DNA of 57,753 nucleotides, filler included, from Sluysia triapertura (Eukaryota): NCBI GenBank assembly GCA_046118255.1. It is 4 parts of 4 records of this genome, joined end to end, with 100 filler letters (N's around TTAATTAATTAA, not from the genome) between each part and the next. Parts side by side here need not be neighbours in the genome. Positions count along the whole stretch, not along the records: positions 13,600 to 26,409 come from JBJNIA010080707.1; positions 26,510 to 39,395 come from JBJNIA010074829.1; 2 more parts are not named here. One strand, given 5' to 3'. Of this stretch, positions 24,304 through 39,495 are shown piece by piece. The notes below the pieces were generated by a model that saw only the letters and a list, made by a program, of their open reading frames with translations, was not told where the DNA came from and made no database searches. The stretch's first letter is position 1. Every line of letters begins with the position of its first letter. The position numbers and the translations under genes were made by a program.

Positions 24304-24745
24304 TTAAAATAAATCATAATATTTCTGAAACAGAAAGAACTTTGCTTTTTTCTTAAGTATTTCATAACCTTCCACTAATTTGACATTCTCTGGTAACAGG
24401 TTGTATATTTTTGAGACATAAATGGTGTATAACCTATCACCTAGCTTACTATCACTGTGGATTCTGTATAGATTATTATGTCTCAACTAAATATTCATTT
24501 TGGCTTCCAATTGTTTTATTATTTCTAAAAGATATTCAGGACTTCCGTAATGTAAGCATTTGTAAATTATTGTCATCTTTTTGAATTCTATTCTTGCTTT
24601 TATTGGCAACCAATGTAATTCTTTAAGATAAGGTGTTATATGAGATCTTCTTACAACTTGGAGAATTAGTCTTGCTGCTTTATTAATTATTAATTGTATT
24701 TTTTTCACTTTTCTATATGAAATTGACTACAATAAAATCTGTGAA
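24304..24745 (-). mobile_element. CR1/L2-type non-LTR retrotransposon ORF2 3' end (5'-truncated)
   Basis: KIQLIINKAARLILQVVRRSHITPYLKELHWLPIKARIEFK and IYNLLPENVK...KKK.K..LF are typical post-RT C-terminal motifs; in-frame TAG at 24487; second copy at 57609-57753. Confidence 0.88.
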
Positions 24746-25654
24746 TAAACAATAAGTTTAGCTGTTTCTTTATTAATAAATTTTTGAATATTTGATACAA
24801 TCAAAATTAATATAAATATTCCTAAAATATTCACCTAATTATTCAAATATTACGGCTTTTGTATGACATTCATTGTTTGTTTGTCATAAACTGATAAAAT
24901 TGTATTTTTAAGCAAAATTAAAATTCAAAATTATTCATAGTAAAAACTGAACCAATAAAAATTAATATTTATACTAAAAGTATCATTCTGATACTATAAT
25001 TTAGATTAAATAATAATTATTGAGATTAAATATTGAAATAAGGTTCAAATTACAAATAAATTAAAAGTGCATATCATATATAATAATTGTATAAGAGTAA
25101 TCTGATTAAATATTTATCATTGTTGTTCATCATTATTTAATAGACTAATCAAAAATCTATTTGAAACATAGAATATGGCGTTTCTGAGAGTAGCCGAAAT
25201 ATTATTTAAACAAAGAGAAATTTTAATAAAGAAATATTTTTAAAACTATTTCGAAGAACAAAATGATTCATAGAATTTCTACTTAATGAAAACATCAAAT
25301 GGATTATTTTATTGGTTACAAAACAAAGAGAACTAATCATAATCATAATCATAATGAATTTTATTTAAAATTTCAATAAAATGAGGAGTTATTAAAATAT
25401 AGAGTTTTCAATCAAAGTGAATTAGAATAACAAATTAAGGATAAAATTTTCAGGTTATGAAAAAAGTTTTATTTAAAAATCATTATATCTGGCAAAATCC
25501 ATTTTAAGTTCATTTTCATTTTTATTACAACAACGAATAACAAAATTTGGAATAAACTATTATGTAACCTAGTATGTCTATAGGACGAGCAAATGAAGAA
25601 GGAAGGGAAAATAGCACAGAAGAAAGAAAGCCTAGCAAGTTATAAAGCTTGATG

Positions 25655-26165
25655 AAGTCGAAGAATTGTGGGCGCTACTGGAATGCCTAAGTCTACTGTC
25701 AATAGAATCCTAAAAGATTTCAGTCTAAACATTACATCACAAATGGGAAGCATGGTGGAGATAGATCCTTTCCAAAAATGGAGTTGAAAATGATGATTGA
25801 TGATAATAGGATTGAATTTCACCACGATGTTCAGATTAGTACCGCAACTTCCACTACACCCTTAAGTCTATTGTATTAGTTCCTGAACCTATAAATTAGC
25901 CTGATTCGTCGAACTTCGTTACAATTATGCCGTGCAATAGCGAAATTTAGAAATAAACGTTGGTAATAGTAGACTGATTTTTCTAGATGTAACGACAAGG
26001 CCTAAGTGTGGACGTGCTTGTGTTCCTGTTAGTGCTGCAATAAGTCATATCTTCACTGTGATTGAAGCCATGAGCATGTATGGCATAATTTACTATACAA
26101 TCTTCATTTCTGAAGTGAATGAAGAACTGTTCAAAGATACACTGATGGAAATGTTGGGATTAGTG
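25655..26165 (+). mobile_element. Tc1/IS630-like transposase remnant
   Basis: IVGATGMPKSTVNRILKDF (HTH-like) and later FTVIEAMSMYGIIYYTILISEVNEELFKDTL (DDE_3-like segment), with stops and frameshifts between them. Confidence 0.55.
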
Positions 26166-26409
26166 AAGGATAAGGGTTGATATAAGGGTCAAAACTTGGA
26201 ATAATATGATAAGTAGAGCGTTGTTGAGGAACTAAGATAGGGTATTGTGATGAACTCTAATGGTGGGATAGGCATATAAAATACTTAAATTAAGATAAAA
26301 TAACGAAACAATACAAAGAAATAAACCGTTACAGGGTTTTATCTGCTAAAATATTAAAGTACATTTGTTAATTAATTTAATTATAATTTGTTTAATTTCA
26401 TAACTCAAT

Positions 26410-26509
26410 NNNNNNNNNNNNNNNNNNNNNNNNNNNNNNNNNNNNNNNNNNNNTTAATTAATTAANNNNNNNNNNNNNNNNNNNNNNNNNNNNNNNNNNN
26501 NNNNNNNNN
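26410..26509. other. Artificial contig-join linker
   Basis: 44 N + TTAATTAATTAA + 44 N. Confidence 0.97.
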
Positions 26510-29500
26510 AAATAATTAAATTGTAATTTTTGAAACAATTAATAAAATGAGTTATAATTATTATTATTAAATTATTAGTGCTATTACTATGATTATTTAT
26601 CAATCGAATACAAAATTAATATAAGTTAATTATTAAAACTGAATATTTGTAATTAGATATTTTCATAAAATTGGTTCATGTTATTCGATTTCGCTGTACT
26701 GTATTTAAATTGATATTATCCAATCACCGATTATTAATAATAATTATTCTAGCATACGAAGATAGAACAAACAGTATTATTTTAGAAATATTATTATTAT
26801 TAGATTATTAAATTATTTAAAATTAAGTTACAAAATTACATAAAGTTAGTACATCGTATATCAAAGCACAACTACAAAGTTTATGACCTTATATCAAATG
26901 CAAATATAAATAGAACACGCTAAGCTAGTAAAAACAAATTATTCATACAAGTGTTTTTATGTTTTAAAAGTTTTTAAAGCAATTTTGTCTAAAGAAATTA
27001 ATTATAAATTTTTTGATTTTTGATACAAATTCGTTCTAAGGAATTCAGCTATAAATTAATTTTAAAGAATGATACAATTGCACATACTTGACACAAGATT
27101 TAATTACCATTTTTTGTTATAACGTTAGTTTATACTTAATTATTAAGTGCAGTATTTGAAAAAAATATATTTTATAAAATAAACGGTCAAAAACTTAAAG
27201 TAAAATTTATTTGCATATTTAATTTCTTGTAAAGTTACAGTTAAATAATAATAGTAAACGGATATTCTTATCATTGATTGTTTAAAATTGTTTTTTTTCT
27301 ATTTGCTATTATTTTTATTGCGATTGCTGTGGTTTTATAACATAAACCTAACCTAATCAGCAAAATAGATAGGTAGAGTCCTCCTACAATATACGGCTTA
27401 CGAATGGTGTATTTTTAGGTACGTGAACGTAACTAACGAGTAAAAAGAAATTCAATACGATACCTTACTAGCTAAATTAGGGATCCTTATAATTAGAAAA
27501 GAGGGTGCGTTTCTTATTGGTAAGACGTATTTTATATTAAACGTTGATGTATTCTTTACTACACGCTTCGATAAAAATTATACGACATCGTTCAATAATT
27601 GGTATTTTATCTCTTACTAAATTATATGATACACAAAGAAATAACAAATAGTCTTAAGGTTTATTATAAACAAAAGCAATGTTAACAAAATTTTACAAAA
27701 CAATGATAACAACAATAATAATGTTAAATTAATGTAACAATAAGTTATTTATAAAATAATGATAACAACAAAGATGTTAAATTAATAAGCCGATAAATCA
27801 TTTATAAAAACAATAATGATAATAATGTTGATTCAAAAAGATCTAATCTAGAAAAGACTCAGTCGAATTATTATTAAAGAATCTAAAGTCATTTTATCAT
27901 TGGCTTTAAGGACCAATGGAAATCAATAAGATTAAGTAAGATTTTATAACTCTTACAAGTTTTCAACAACTTATAAAATTTAGACTTATTACTTGAAAAA
28001 TAATCAACACAATAAATTATAATTTTCCACAGCTGTGTGACTTGAATTGCAATTTGGACAATTATTTTTGATACCCCAACTGGTAGTCTGTGAATCGTTA
28101 ATAAATTTAATATTGCTTTTCCAAAAATTCGGTTTGATCAAAAATACGTAAATCAATTTTTTTCTTAAAAAGCGTGTTACATCTATTCTATTTATAATCA
28201 AAAAATCCATTAGTTAATGGCTTTAATCTAATGATGATAAATAATTTCATTAAATCCATTAAGCTAGTGGTAAGTCCATTAATTATTTTTTTGAAAAATC
28301 CATTAAACTTTATTTTTGTATTTTAGATAATAATAATATTTTATATAATAATAATTTATATTATTTTGTTTTTTAATAAATAATAATTATTTTTTGTACT
28401 TTTTAAATTCCTTTTTATTCCTTCTTTTAATTTCCATATCACCCTTCTAACACTTTTGTCAGCAGGAATTATTACAACGAAAATATTAATATGAGTTTAT
28501 CTAAAACTGATACTGCTATTTCATCAATTACTTCATCAGTTAATAAAACAGCACCTAATTACTTGTATAAGCACATAGGTCAATTATGCTTAAAAATATT
28601 CTTATGTCCTACAGTCCAAACTAAATAATTTTCAAAAATATGTTAATTTCTTCGATTTTTACAAAAGAAAGATGTATTATTCTTATTCAGTAGTTTGTCT
28701 TTTTTCTTTTTTTGGATACTCTTCAAAAATTCAATATTAAACCAGACAATTTCATAACTATAACTCCACCTATTGTTATGAATAACAATATCTATGATTT
28801 CGACGGTTACTCTATTGTTTATATTATGAAGAACATTAATATTCGTCGAAAATGCTTAATATTATCAATGCTTAATATCGTCAATATTATTCTTAAAGAA
28901 ACTTAAAAGTATCCTTAAATTTTGATCAATATCGAATCAAGTTTGATTTTTAAAAAAAATGTAGTTTATCGATTTGCGAAAATTCTCCAAGAGCAAATTG
29001 TAAAAAGTGAGACTCTACGTTTAAATATTCAACGATTAAATTCTATATTTAATCGAATCTAAGCAGATGTAACACTGATTAAAATATGGCGTAACAATTA
29101 ATCCAATTTAGAAATTAATGGAAAAAAATGAAAAAGTATTTTTATTAAGCGAGCGCTTCAAGATAAAAGAGTTTCGAGGTATTGATGGCGAAACCCAACT
29201 GCAAGGATAGAACAAGAAATAATTTGCTTAAAGCATTATAAAATCAAATTTTCATGGAACACTACCTTTACGATAAACATCAAAAAGCTCTTGCACATGC
29301 TGCACTTGATCAAACAAATTATTTAATAAAAATGAATAAGCAAATTCGAATGTAGAACACATGTAAAGTAAACAGATAATGCATTTATAACTTGTCCATT
29401 TTTACATTATTTGCGCATTCAACTAAGTCAGTACAGTGCTCAATTTTATATATTTGAAGAAGATGAATGATCTCAGAACTTGAACCCTACTTAAGTTGCT

Positions 29501-30519
29501 ACATTGAAGCTAAAAACGTGTGCACTGAAATGATTAATTATGTACAAAATCCAAATAATTAAGGATGTATTTGTTTAGACTTGTACTAAAGTGATACAAA
29601 ATATTTTTAATAATAAAAGAAATTCCCCAAAATATTTATAACAATAATAAGTCTTTTTCTAATATTATACATCAATGATAAAACTGAAAATAACAATTTA
29701 ATATATTTTAAGCAATTCACAAAAGAATGATTATCTGAAAAATCATATTAACAATTACCAAAAACAAATTAAATCTATAATAACCATAAATATCAATTTG
29801 TGTAACTTAATCCTAATCTAGTTGTAACACAAAAATAGCTTTCTAAAAATGTCAGCTATTTCACTTACTAAAAAACGAAGTTACTTCAAAAGGGGTATCA
29901 CTTATCTAAAGTAAAATCAACAGGAATCCTCTAAAATAACAAAACTGGTTCCAAAATATGAGAGGGTGAATCCCACAAGTATACTTTATTTTTAACTAAA
30001 TATAGAGTAAAATGTAAGATTTTATGACAAAATATACCTTTTAAAATTAATAGTTATTTAAATAAAAATTTATTTAATTATATCAATAATAAAATTTAAG
30101 ACAATATGACAAAATACTCATTATCAAAATTTACTTTAACTAGGTCAATAATAATAAAACTTAAATTATAGCAAAATATTCCTTATTAAATTAATATTAA
30201 AAAATTTATTTTATAAAATACTCTTGATTAGAATTAATATTTATTTAAACAAAAAAATTGAAAAACGTTACCAAAAGCATAGATCTTCTTTTCGAAATCA
30301 CCTGTGAATTTTGTGTCCTTTTGTGTGTAAAAAATGTATAAGTGTTCTTATTTATACTTTTATGTCGTCCAGTCATTTCTACATTCACAATCAGGAATTA
30401 AAGAATGGAAGAGATTAAAGAAAGCCTGAAAGAACGATTATATCCAATTGTCTTAGCACTACCACCATCAAATGCAGTAAGCATGATACGCTTATAATCG
30501 AGCGAAAAAACCAATGGTA

Positions 30520-31350
30520 GATCTAAGAAGTAACAGGAGAACTATCAGAGCGTTAATAGATATTGGTGCAGAAACATAATTAATAAATAAAAATCTTATC
30601 ACTAATAAAGAATTAAAAGGACTCTCTAATCATTTATCACATTTAGCAGGAGTCACTGGAGACGCATAATGAAGAAATAGTAAAGACATGTTGCGAATTA
30701 TGCCGAAATAAGTTTAACTTAAAATTGAGAGTAATGAGTAACTGCCCGAAGATATGATTATGGAATGGACATATTATCGCAGCTAAATGGAGCAGTATTA
30801 GATTTCGATAAGGCAAGATTAATGGACAATTATTCTCGGAGAACTATAGATGATGATGACGTACTTCTATGAGAACCACTATGAATACATTATGGTCGCA
30901 AAAACCATATGTCTACGAACAGGAAGAATAATGTTCATTGCATCGGAAATTAACCAGGAAAAGTTAGACGCTGGAATAGCAGATTCAATTTGTAGTATAT
31001 ATGAAGGAAAAGTATTTGTTCGGATGATAAATTATGCCAACGATAATAAATGGCTGTATAGTGGCACTAAATTAGGTAGAATTGTTAATTATAACATAAA
31101 AATACATATTAATACCATTTAAGGCAAACTCAATGGTGTACTATAAAATTACAATGATAGATAAATGAAGAAAATTATGCTGATATAAAAAGTTTGAATA
31201 AAAACTTAACAAAAAGACGAAAAGAACAATTTTACGAGATCATTCATCGATGCTCAAGAGTATTTTCAAAAAATAAAAATGCTATTGGAGATTAGTTATA
31301 ATAAAATATGAAATACCATTAATAGAAGATAAGGTTATTCGCAGGAAAAG
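30520..31350 (+). mobile_element. Ty3/Gypsy pol remnant (protease, linker, start of RT)
   Basis: TIRALIDIGAET at 30541-30576 (decayed D-T-G protease site), KVFVRMINY...LYSGTKLGRI linker, then LTKDEKEQFYEII...VFSKNKNAIG and IKYEIPLIEDKVIR. Confidence 0.75.
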
Positions 31351-32707
31351 ATAAACATTTCTGGACCCGCAATCATTGGTGGTATTTATTATTCGATTTT
31401 ATATCATGTTGGTGTTAATTGGTGATGAATCAGTTTAGTTTATTAGTTTTTTGGAGTTTATTTGGTCAAGATCGATTGGGTTAATTACTGTTTGTTCCAG
31501 TTAACATTTATCGATTCGATTTGATTTCGCTGGCTTTCCAGTGACCATCGATTTAATTTGATTCTGATATCGGCTGATTAAAGTTATCCGTAAGTTTTGT
31601 ATAATAAGTTCTATTTCCCTTAGGAAATATAATATTCTACGTAAAATCACAAATCTTAAAGTTTAGTTTAGGCTAAACAAAAATCATTTTAAAAATCATT
31701 AAAAGATACTAGAAGCAATTCTAGTTACAATCAATTGTTATTTTGTTATTATAATTGATAATTTACTTATATTTTGTGTTTGATTTTTTAAACAATTTTT
31801 ATAATACACCTTAAAACTTGTGTTAATTTATTTTAAAGAACGATTAAAGCTAAGAATTACTCGTACAGGATAATATTTATAATTAAAAAAGGTTGTTACC
31901 ATTGTAAGTATTGTGTAATTAAAAAATTTTAAAAAATATAAATATTGCGTATAAACATTATGTAATTAAAAAATTTAAAAATATTAAAAAATTGTATTAA
32001 TCAACTTAATTAAAATCTTATTGTAAATGTTGTAATTATATGTGAATTAAACTTTGTAACTTAAATACTAAATAAATCAACTTAATTAATCCCTGTTTAT
32101 AATCGTTTATTAATTTAGTCAAATATTTACATTATATTATTTGGAAAGCCGGATTCGGAAATTAAATGTTTATTATTTATATTATCAATCTGTATATAAA
32201 GACGTAATCTCTTTCATAAATTCACAAAAAATATAAACTTGACGTCTACCAGTTTGTGGAAAAGCGTGCTCGAAATCAAGTTATTTGTGGACTGGTGTAT
32301 CAATTCGTGAAAAAATCGTGCTCGGAGAGAATTATTTGTGGAAAACATTATTAATTTTTGGAGAAATTATGACTCTTTTCGTGGAAAAATTGTGGTATCA
32401 AGATATATAACAACAGAAGATTTAATTCGGAAATATAACAGACCAAAAATTCTACCTATGAACAATAAGTAAGATCTAGCATCGAATTTAATTAGTGTAT
32501 TAAATTGGATTGCACTTTTAAAAAACATAATATTTTCTTTTAATAACTGCTTGTATTTTTTTGACGAGTTTGACTTCATAAAGAACGTTAAGAACAATAA
32601 AAATGCAAATGCATAATTTCGTACATAATTTAACACGCATAATAAATATTGATTTTTTTACAACATAAATTTTTAATTAATATTTATAATTTTTATTTAT
32701 AATATTG

Positions 32708-32812
32708 TTTTAAGGAAAGGAAATTATTGGATAACTAGAAGAGCAAACAAAGTACTGATATAATAGTTTGTACATATTTGATTTGTAGTAAATGAAAATA
32801 TTTCATGAATAT
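32708..32812 (+). mobile_element. Fragment of the same Tc1 family
   Basis: TTTAAGGA.AGGAAATTATTGGATAAC...AAAGTACTGATA.AA.AGTTTGTACATATTTGATTTGTAGTAAAT matches 19984-20070 and 47440-47513. Confidence 0.8.
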
Positions 32813-32871
32813 AAATATTCAATATTGTGAGAAAGTTAAAGTTAATATAGAAAAAAAGTTTAAGTTAGGAC

Positions 32872-32923
32872 TGTGAGTTCACCAACGTACTGGACTTACC
32901 AGCGAGAGCCGGCCGTTGGATTT
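32872..32923. repeat. GC-rich hairpin-forming repeat, copy 2
   Basis: Inverted homologue of 329-378. Confidence 0.85.
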
Positions 32924-35900
32924 GGTAAAGTAAAAGCAATGGAGGCCAAGTCAAAAATTTATCAGATTTTTTAAATTTATGCTAGCTGTTTCGAACGTAT
33001 CTATTAATTTAATAATTAGTAATTTATGCAATTTATTTAAAAATTTAAATGTAATTTTTCATAGATCCTTTGAAATAGGATCGAAATGGTTATGTTACGA
33101 TGTTAGATTTACACTCTAACAGAAAGTTCAACTGACGGGTGATTTTTCTTTATTTTAAAACTATATAAATTGATTTAAATCAAGAAAAATTAAATCGAAA
33201 AGTATATTATATAACGTTAAAGCTATATAAATTACGAGATTTTATTAAAAAGATCATTTCCAAAAAATTAGTTATATCAAAATTTTTTCGTTAAAAAATT
33301 TGAATTTACTGAATAAATATATTACAAAAGGCAAAAACTATAGTTATAAATACAATTAGAGTAAATTTTATCACGATTACGTTTCACTAGAAAAGTAATC
33401 GTTAGTTAAATTGCATTTTAATAATAATTTATAAATAACTATTAAACACTTATTAAAATTATTCCTTTACAAAATTTGAGTGAGATTTATAAGCAAAATT
33501 TAAATTAGCGTAAGCTTAAATTAAAAAACTAACGAATACCCTTTAATATTTATGTAGATTTTTGAAAGTATACTAAAACCAAGGATTTGGAATTATGTCA
33601 GGGGCTCGTGAACAGAATTTGAAAAATAATCGTCGCAGACAAGATTTAAAAACAATTCTTTGCAAACAAGATTTTAAAATTTAAAATGTATGATTGTCTT
33701 AAATGCATGGTCTATTTATATATATTTTGACCTTGATTGTTTTATTTTAGTTTATTTGATTTAAACAATTAAATTGTTTATTTTTGACGATATTATTAAA
33801 ATTTTCAACTTGTTTATTGTGATAATATTAAATTTTAAACTGGTTAAAATTATATTAAAAACATATAAATTCAGAGTAATGCAAAATATTAAACTTACAA
33901 ATTTCATTAAAATCCATAAAATAATTTAATTCCAAATTAAACATTAAAAATTTTTATAAAATCAATAATTCTAAAAATATTAAATAATTAAATACAATAC
34001 TTTATATTTATAATTACTTATAAATATAAATATACAATACTTTTATTAAATAATTTACAAATATATAACAATAAAAATTCAAGTAAGACAAAGTGATCCA
34101 TTACAAATAACAATAAATTAAAATAAAGGTTGCCCTTAATTGTTATAATGTTAGTAAAATATTAATCCCGGAATAATTTTTGGTGGTCTTGTTATAAGAT
34201 TTTACGTTTAATATCAACCCTCATATGGGTTTAAGGAATAACTTATAAATATAAACTTACGACTGCACGGATTTTCAAGAAGCCAAAAATAGTTACTCAT
34301 AGTAAGTGATTTGCGAATTTCCATACTGAAAGAATCAAGAAATGTTTAATCTTTGCTGCAAAATTTCTTTGACTTAAATGCCGAATATTCCTGACGACAA
34401 GTGAATTTGAAGAAAATCAATTTGATGAGAAATGTTGAGCGTTTTTTAGAATTTTCATATCAGAATAATTAAAATGTTTCTTACGATGTAATAAAAATTT
34501 TATATTTAATAAAAATGCTTTTTAATACATAAATATTTTACATCTTTAAAATTTTATGACATCAAGTACATAAAATTGTCGTTATTATTATAGTTTTTAT
34601 AATAAAACTTTCATTATTGGTTTTTTAATTATTTAGATTTATTGTTATTGATTTATGTAATTTAAACTTTTATAAATGTTAAATCTTAAAATTTTTCATT
34701 TTTATTGAAAAAAATTATTAAAATTTTCATTTTCATTAAAATATTTATATATTTACACCATGAACATGAATTCGAAAAGCTTTTAAATTTTAAAAGTTAA
34801 AAATTCATCACCGTGCTTAACATAATAATAATGAAACGCTTATCCAATGGCTGTGTTGTTGAGTTACTGAGTCTAACTTAAACAAGAAACATCCTCGAGG
34901 GCGTATTAAATCAACAATTTAAGTATCTTTTTAAATTGGTTCAAATTATTTACTTTATTATAGTGCTTAAGACACTGATTTGAAAGTTACTTTTGTAATT
35001 AAGAAAAAACTTTTCGAAATAAAAATAAAGTCCTATATATTCATTCAGAAACATTAAAACACGAATGAAGCTTAATTTCATATTTAAATCTTTAAATTAT
35101 CTAAAAGAAGTATATATAAGGTAACCGTGAGTTTAGATAACTGAAACTCAGTGCTGCTGAAGTATCAAATTGAAGGTATGGCGATTTTTCTGGTTACACT
35201 GGTTGATGGTATGCAGGACTCAATATTTTGAAATTAGACTGGCCCATCGCTGAATTTAAAATTTAAACAAGCACTTCTTAGAAATAGCTTTCGATCTAAA
35301 TCTAGATTTCCTGCCAAGTTTAAATTTTCCCGAGTTACTTTGGATCAGAGGCGTGGACTAATAATTCTACAACTACTAAAAGTAAACAATCCAGCCATTC
35401 TCGTATTTGCATCGTAATTGTATCGAAACGTATCATCTTAGATTAACTGCTGTAATATCTACAAATATCTTTTTAATATTTTTTGTCTAGTTTAAAAACT
35501 GCTTCGAAATTTGGAAATCCACAAATTTAATTTCAAGATTCTTTTTCCTCAAAAATATATGATATTTGTAATTTTTTGAAACGTATGCAAAAAGGTCTTC
35601 TTTGTAATCTCTAAAACTTTTTAAAACGTTTGGTAACAAAATAATATTAAAACAAATTAAATTTTATTTCTATATTTTCATAATATGGTTTTTGTACGAA
35701 CATTGTTTTGTGGACCATTTTCACATTAACTATCTTAATTAGAGTGATAGGCGCACTTTTCTTAACATCATACCAGTTCCAAGACTCCGGCAATTTTTTT
35801 TATATCTTCAGTATCTGCTAATATTTTAATCGTCATTGCATTAATGTTTTGTTGATTTCAACTTCGGGTATTGATACATACTGGTTCCGTATAATACGGA

Positions 35901-38900
35901 TGAGCTCTCTAAAGACACCAAATGAATTGACTGTACCAGATTAAATTTTGGTATGTTCTAAAAATATTCATAAAACAAGAGACAATTAAAATTTAATCGT
36001 TAATATATATTGAATGAAAATCAATAAAATACTATTTTGTAACATAGTTTCGAATTTAAATGAAACCGTTAAAAAGGTGATATTTTACTTTAGTTCCTAA
36101 AATGAACCATAAATTAACTATAAAGGATTTTAGTAAAAATTTTACTTAGGCTTATTAAAATAAACCTTTTAAATTACCTACGATATAAATTAAATAACAC
36201 AGAGATATATTACGATAAACAAAAATTTATAATTCAACAATTAGACAGGTTTTAACAAGATTATTATTTTATATCAATAATCTTATATAATTACAAATTT
36301 TGGAAATAATATTTTAGGCGATTAACAAATTTAAACATTAACCAAAAAGAATTCGTTGAGTTGATTTTGCTTTGCGATTTTTAAAATATTACTGAAGTAA
36401 ATTAAACTAACTACAATATTAAGGCGAAACCGGTCCTTTAAAAACTCTATCTTCTGGTATAGATTTAAAATAACTTTGTTCTTAAAACTTGTTAAAAATT
36501 TTGCGTTATTTACACTAAGATGTCTTATGATCTTTACCTATTTAAACAAATATTAGTATTTAACTAATTTAAACAAATATTTGTTTTTTATTAAAAATTA
36601 CTTTAATTTTTAAAATTTAATTTATTAGTAATTCATTCAATATTTAAATACGATTAATTTATTTCAATATTTAATTAAGACTTACATTTAGTAATTTGTA
36701 ACATGGTAATTCCAATATTTGATGAAATAATTTTCAAAAATTCGAATAGTTATTAACACAATCAATAAAATTTACAAATTTATGATTATTATTGATCACA
36801 ATTCATAAAATCAATATCACAAACAATATTAACAATAATAATTACAATCGTAATTGTAACATTTTTAGAAAAATTAGAATCTAATAGTGGTAATAAATAA
36901 ATGAATAAATTAGATTTATTTTTCTTTTAAATTTTATAAATTCTGTTCTATAAGTTAAAGTTTGGTGTAGTTATTTAGAATTTCATAAATTTCGTGTTTT
37001 AAAAGTTGTTGTTTGATAATGGAGAAATGTGAATCGACGTGGTGTATGTATGCAGCGTAGGTGATATAATTACTGAACCACCGCAAGCTGGTTGAATAAC
37101 CAGCTATTTATCTAGCGTGGCTTGTAAATTTAAATGTTAAGAGTTTAACTGATGAAGTTAATATTGTTAATATCATGTTCGTTAGATACGTCTCAAATAA
37201 ATTAACAGGTGTATTTTAAAAGATGTTTATATTAAGGATTTAATTACAATTCATATAGATTTAGTTACATTTTCCTTAGAGTTTCATTGCTAAAATAAAC
37301 ATGAAATAAAATGATAAAAGATAACAGTAAAATGATTTTATGTATGTTTTATGAAGTTAACCGTGAAGATGTATATAATATTGTGTTAATTAATAATATT
37401 AGATAGTATAAAGTTACAAAATATGTTCATAAGATTGCGTTAATTATAGATGTCTTTGGATAGTGTTTCAGCGGTACTGAAGAATAATTTAAAAAGTAAT
37501 GTAGACAATTATCAGATACCAAGTACAAAGATATTTTAGTTAACTTATTAGATCTTAGTTTAATAAAGAATGTGTTTCAAGATTTAGGAATCCACGAATT
37601 AATATGTCCATAGATTTTGGAGAGATTAAAGGAATTAACTATGCTAGTCTTATTTGATTTCATGATGTTAAATTTCAGGTTTATTATTAGATTTAATAAA
37701 GTTTCCATTTGTTTTTTTTTTCTTTGAGAATCAAAAACTGTGAATTTATATTTTAAGCGTCTTAACCCTATCTTGTTTATATTAATTCAAATAAACCTAA
37801 TATGACTATCGTATTTCATAAATTAAAAGTTTTACTAAAATTACATTGGATTCCACTCCTGACACATTTAAGTTTGATAAAACTTTTAATTTATGAAATC
37901 CAAAACATTTGGCAATACAATTCACAAAAATTTAATTGGATAAAAAATAACAACAGAAAATATGTAGTATTCTAATGAGATTTACAGTCTAACTTAATTC
38001 CAACAAAGAAACCCAAGTAGGAAATAAGATTAAACATATTAAATACTCAAATGTCATCAATATTTGTTTTGTCTTTACATTAGTTTGAATAAAGATACTT
38101 GTCAATCAAGTCTGAAAATAACCTATGAAAGAAAGCACATCTATTTGAATTTAAGTTGAAAATAATATTCTAACCCAAAACTAATACATTGCAATTAACA
38201 AATCACATCATTTAAAATTGGTGTCCGCGTCAAAGCAACGAATACCATACTAAAAATTACAATAAATACGTCACAATTTTTACAGTTAAATTACATATAT
38301 TTGGTAGATTTATGCTTTTAAATAAAAAAGTATCATTTCTACAATGAACATATATTTTTCGAAAGTTTGTTCGAAAATTATAATTTTAAATTTTTAAGTA
38401 AAATTGCACATTGCCTTTTTTGTCACTGTACGTGAAACAATTTTTACAAGTATAAAATAATGTTAAATTTAATTTAAGATAGCTTACTATAACGTACTAC
38501 TAATTATCAAATTAAAAAAAAGTAAAATTTATTCACTTTTGAATTTAAATAGTATATAATTTACTAAAAATTCAACAAAATCAAAAAATATTTACAATTA
38601 CGGCTTTATAAATTATTAATAAATTATTATTTGGTGCTGATGAAGATTCTTATTGACTTTTCTGAGAAAAGGTATTACAGTAACAAAAGTGAATTAATAG
38701 TTGAAATAAAGAAAATATTATACATTTAATTTATGAAAGAACAAGTATAAATGGATTTTTTCATTGTTTTTAGAAAAACAAAAAGAAAATTTTAATTTTT
38801 AATAAAGACAAACCATTTAATCTGTTAATCTTCAATAAGTAATTAATAATAAGTTACTATTAGAACAAGTTATTAGAATAAAACATCTAACTTTATTACT

Positions 38901-38929
38901 TTAAATATTTGTTTTTGGACTTTATAGAT

Positions 38930-39395
38930 TTGCTGGGATTGCCCAACTGTAGATCAGGAAATGAGTAAGAAACAAAACTATAAAATCAATTAAGAACTTA
39001 TACAAATTGATGGATTGAACATTATAAACATTGTTGAAATAAGAATCATAATAAAGAAAACATCTATAATGATCCTAACAGCTAAAGAATATCTCAAGGT
39101 ATCTTAAATTAAAGAATATCTTAAGGTATCTTAAGTTAAAGAATATCTTAACCTATATAAGGGTTTGAGATCTTACGGAAGCTTGAGATGGACTTGAAAA
39201 ACCTTTAGAAGCATTAAGGTACCTTTTGAACCTTAGAACTTTAGATCATTGAAGACCTTAATAACCTTTAGGTATTCTTGAAATGTCGACAGGTATTTGA
39301 GATCTTTTAGCAACCTTATAAAGTGTATAATATCTTTAAAATAATTGAGAAATATAATCTTTGTTCAAAATATAAAGATAAGTTCATTGTAGTAA
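38930..39395 (+). repeat. Interspersed repeat family A, copy 2 (runs into linker)
   Basis: TGGGATTGCCCAACTGTAGATCAG...GATGGATTGAACAT...AATAAGAATCATAA...AGCTAAAGAATA shared with 42775-43075; contains a short internal tandem TAAAGAATATCTTAAGGTATCTTAA. Confidence 0.9.
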
Positions 39396-39495
39396 NNNNN
39401 NNNNNNNNNNNNNNNNNNNNNNNNNNNNNNNNNNNNNNNTTAATTAATTAANNNNNNNNNNNNNNNNNNNNNNNNNNNNNNNNNNNNNNNNNNNN
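39396..39495. other. Artificial contig-join linker
   Basis: 44 N + TTAATTAATTAA + 44 N. Confidence 0.97.

Noticed and set aside
29100-29560. Possible hAT transposase C-terminal remnant
   Set aside because: Only vague similarity across broken frames; not supportable by eye.
39080-39150. Short repeats resembling a CRISPR array
   Set aside because: Adjacent tandem copies without unique spacers, in a eukaryotic context with no cas genes.
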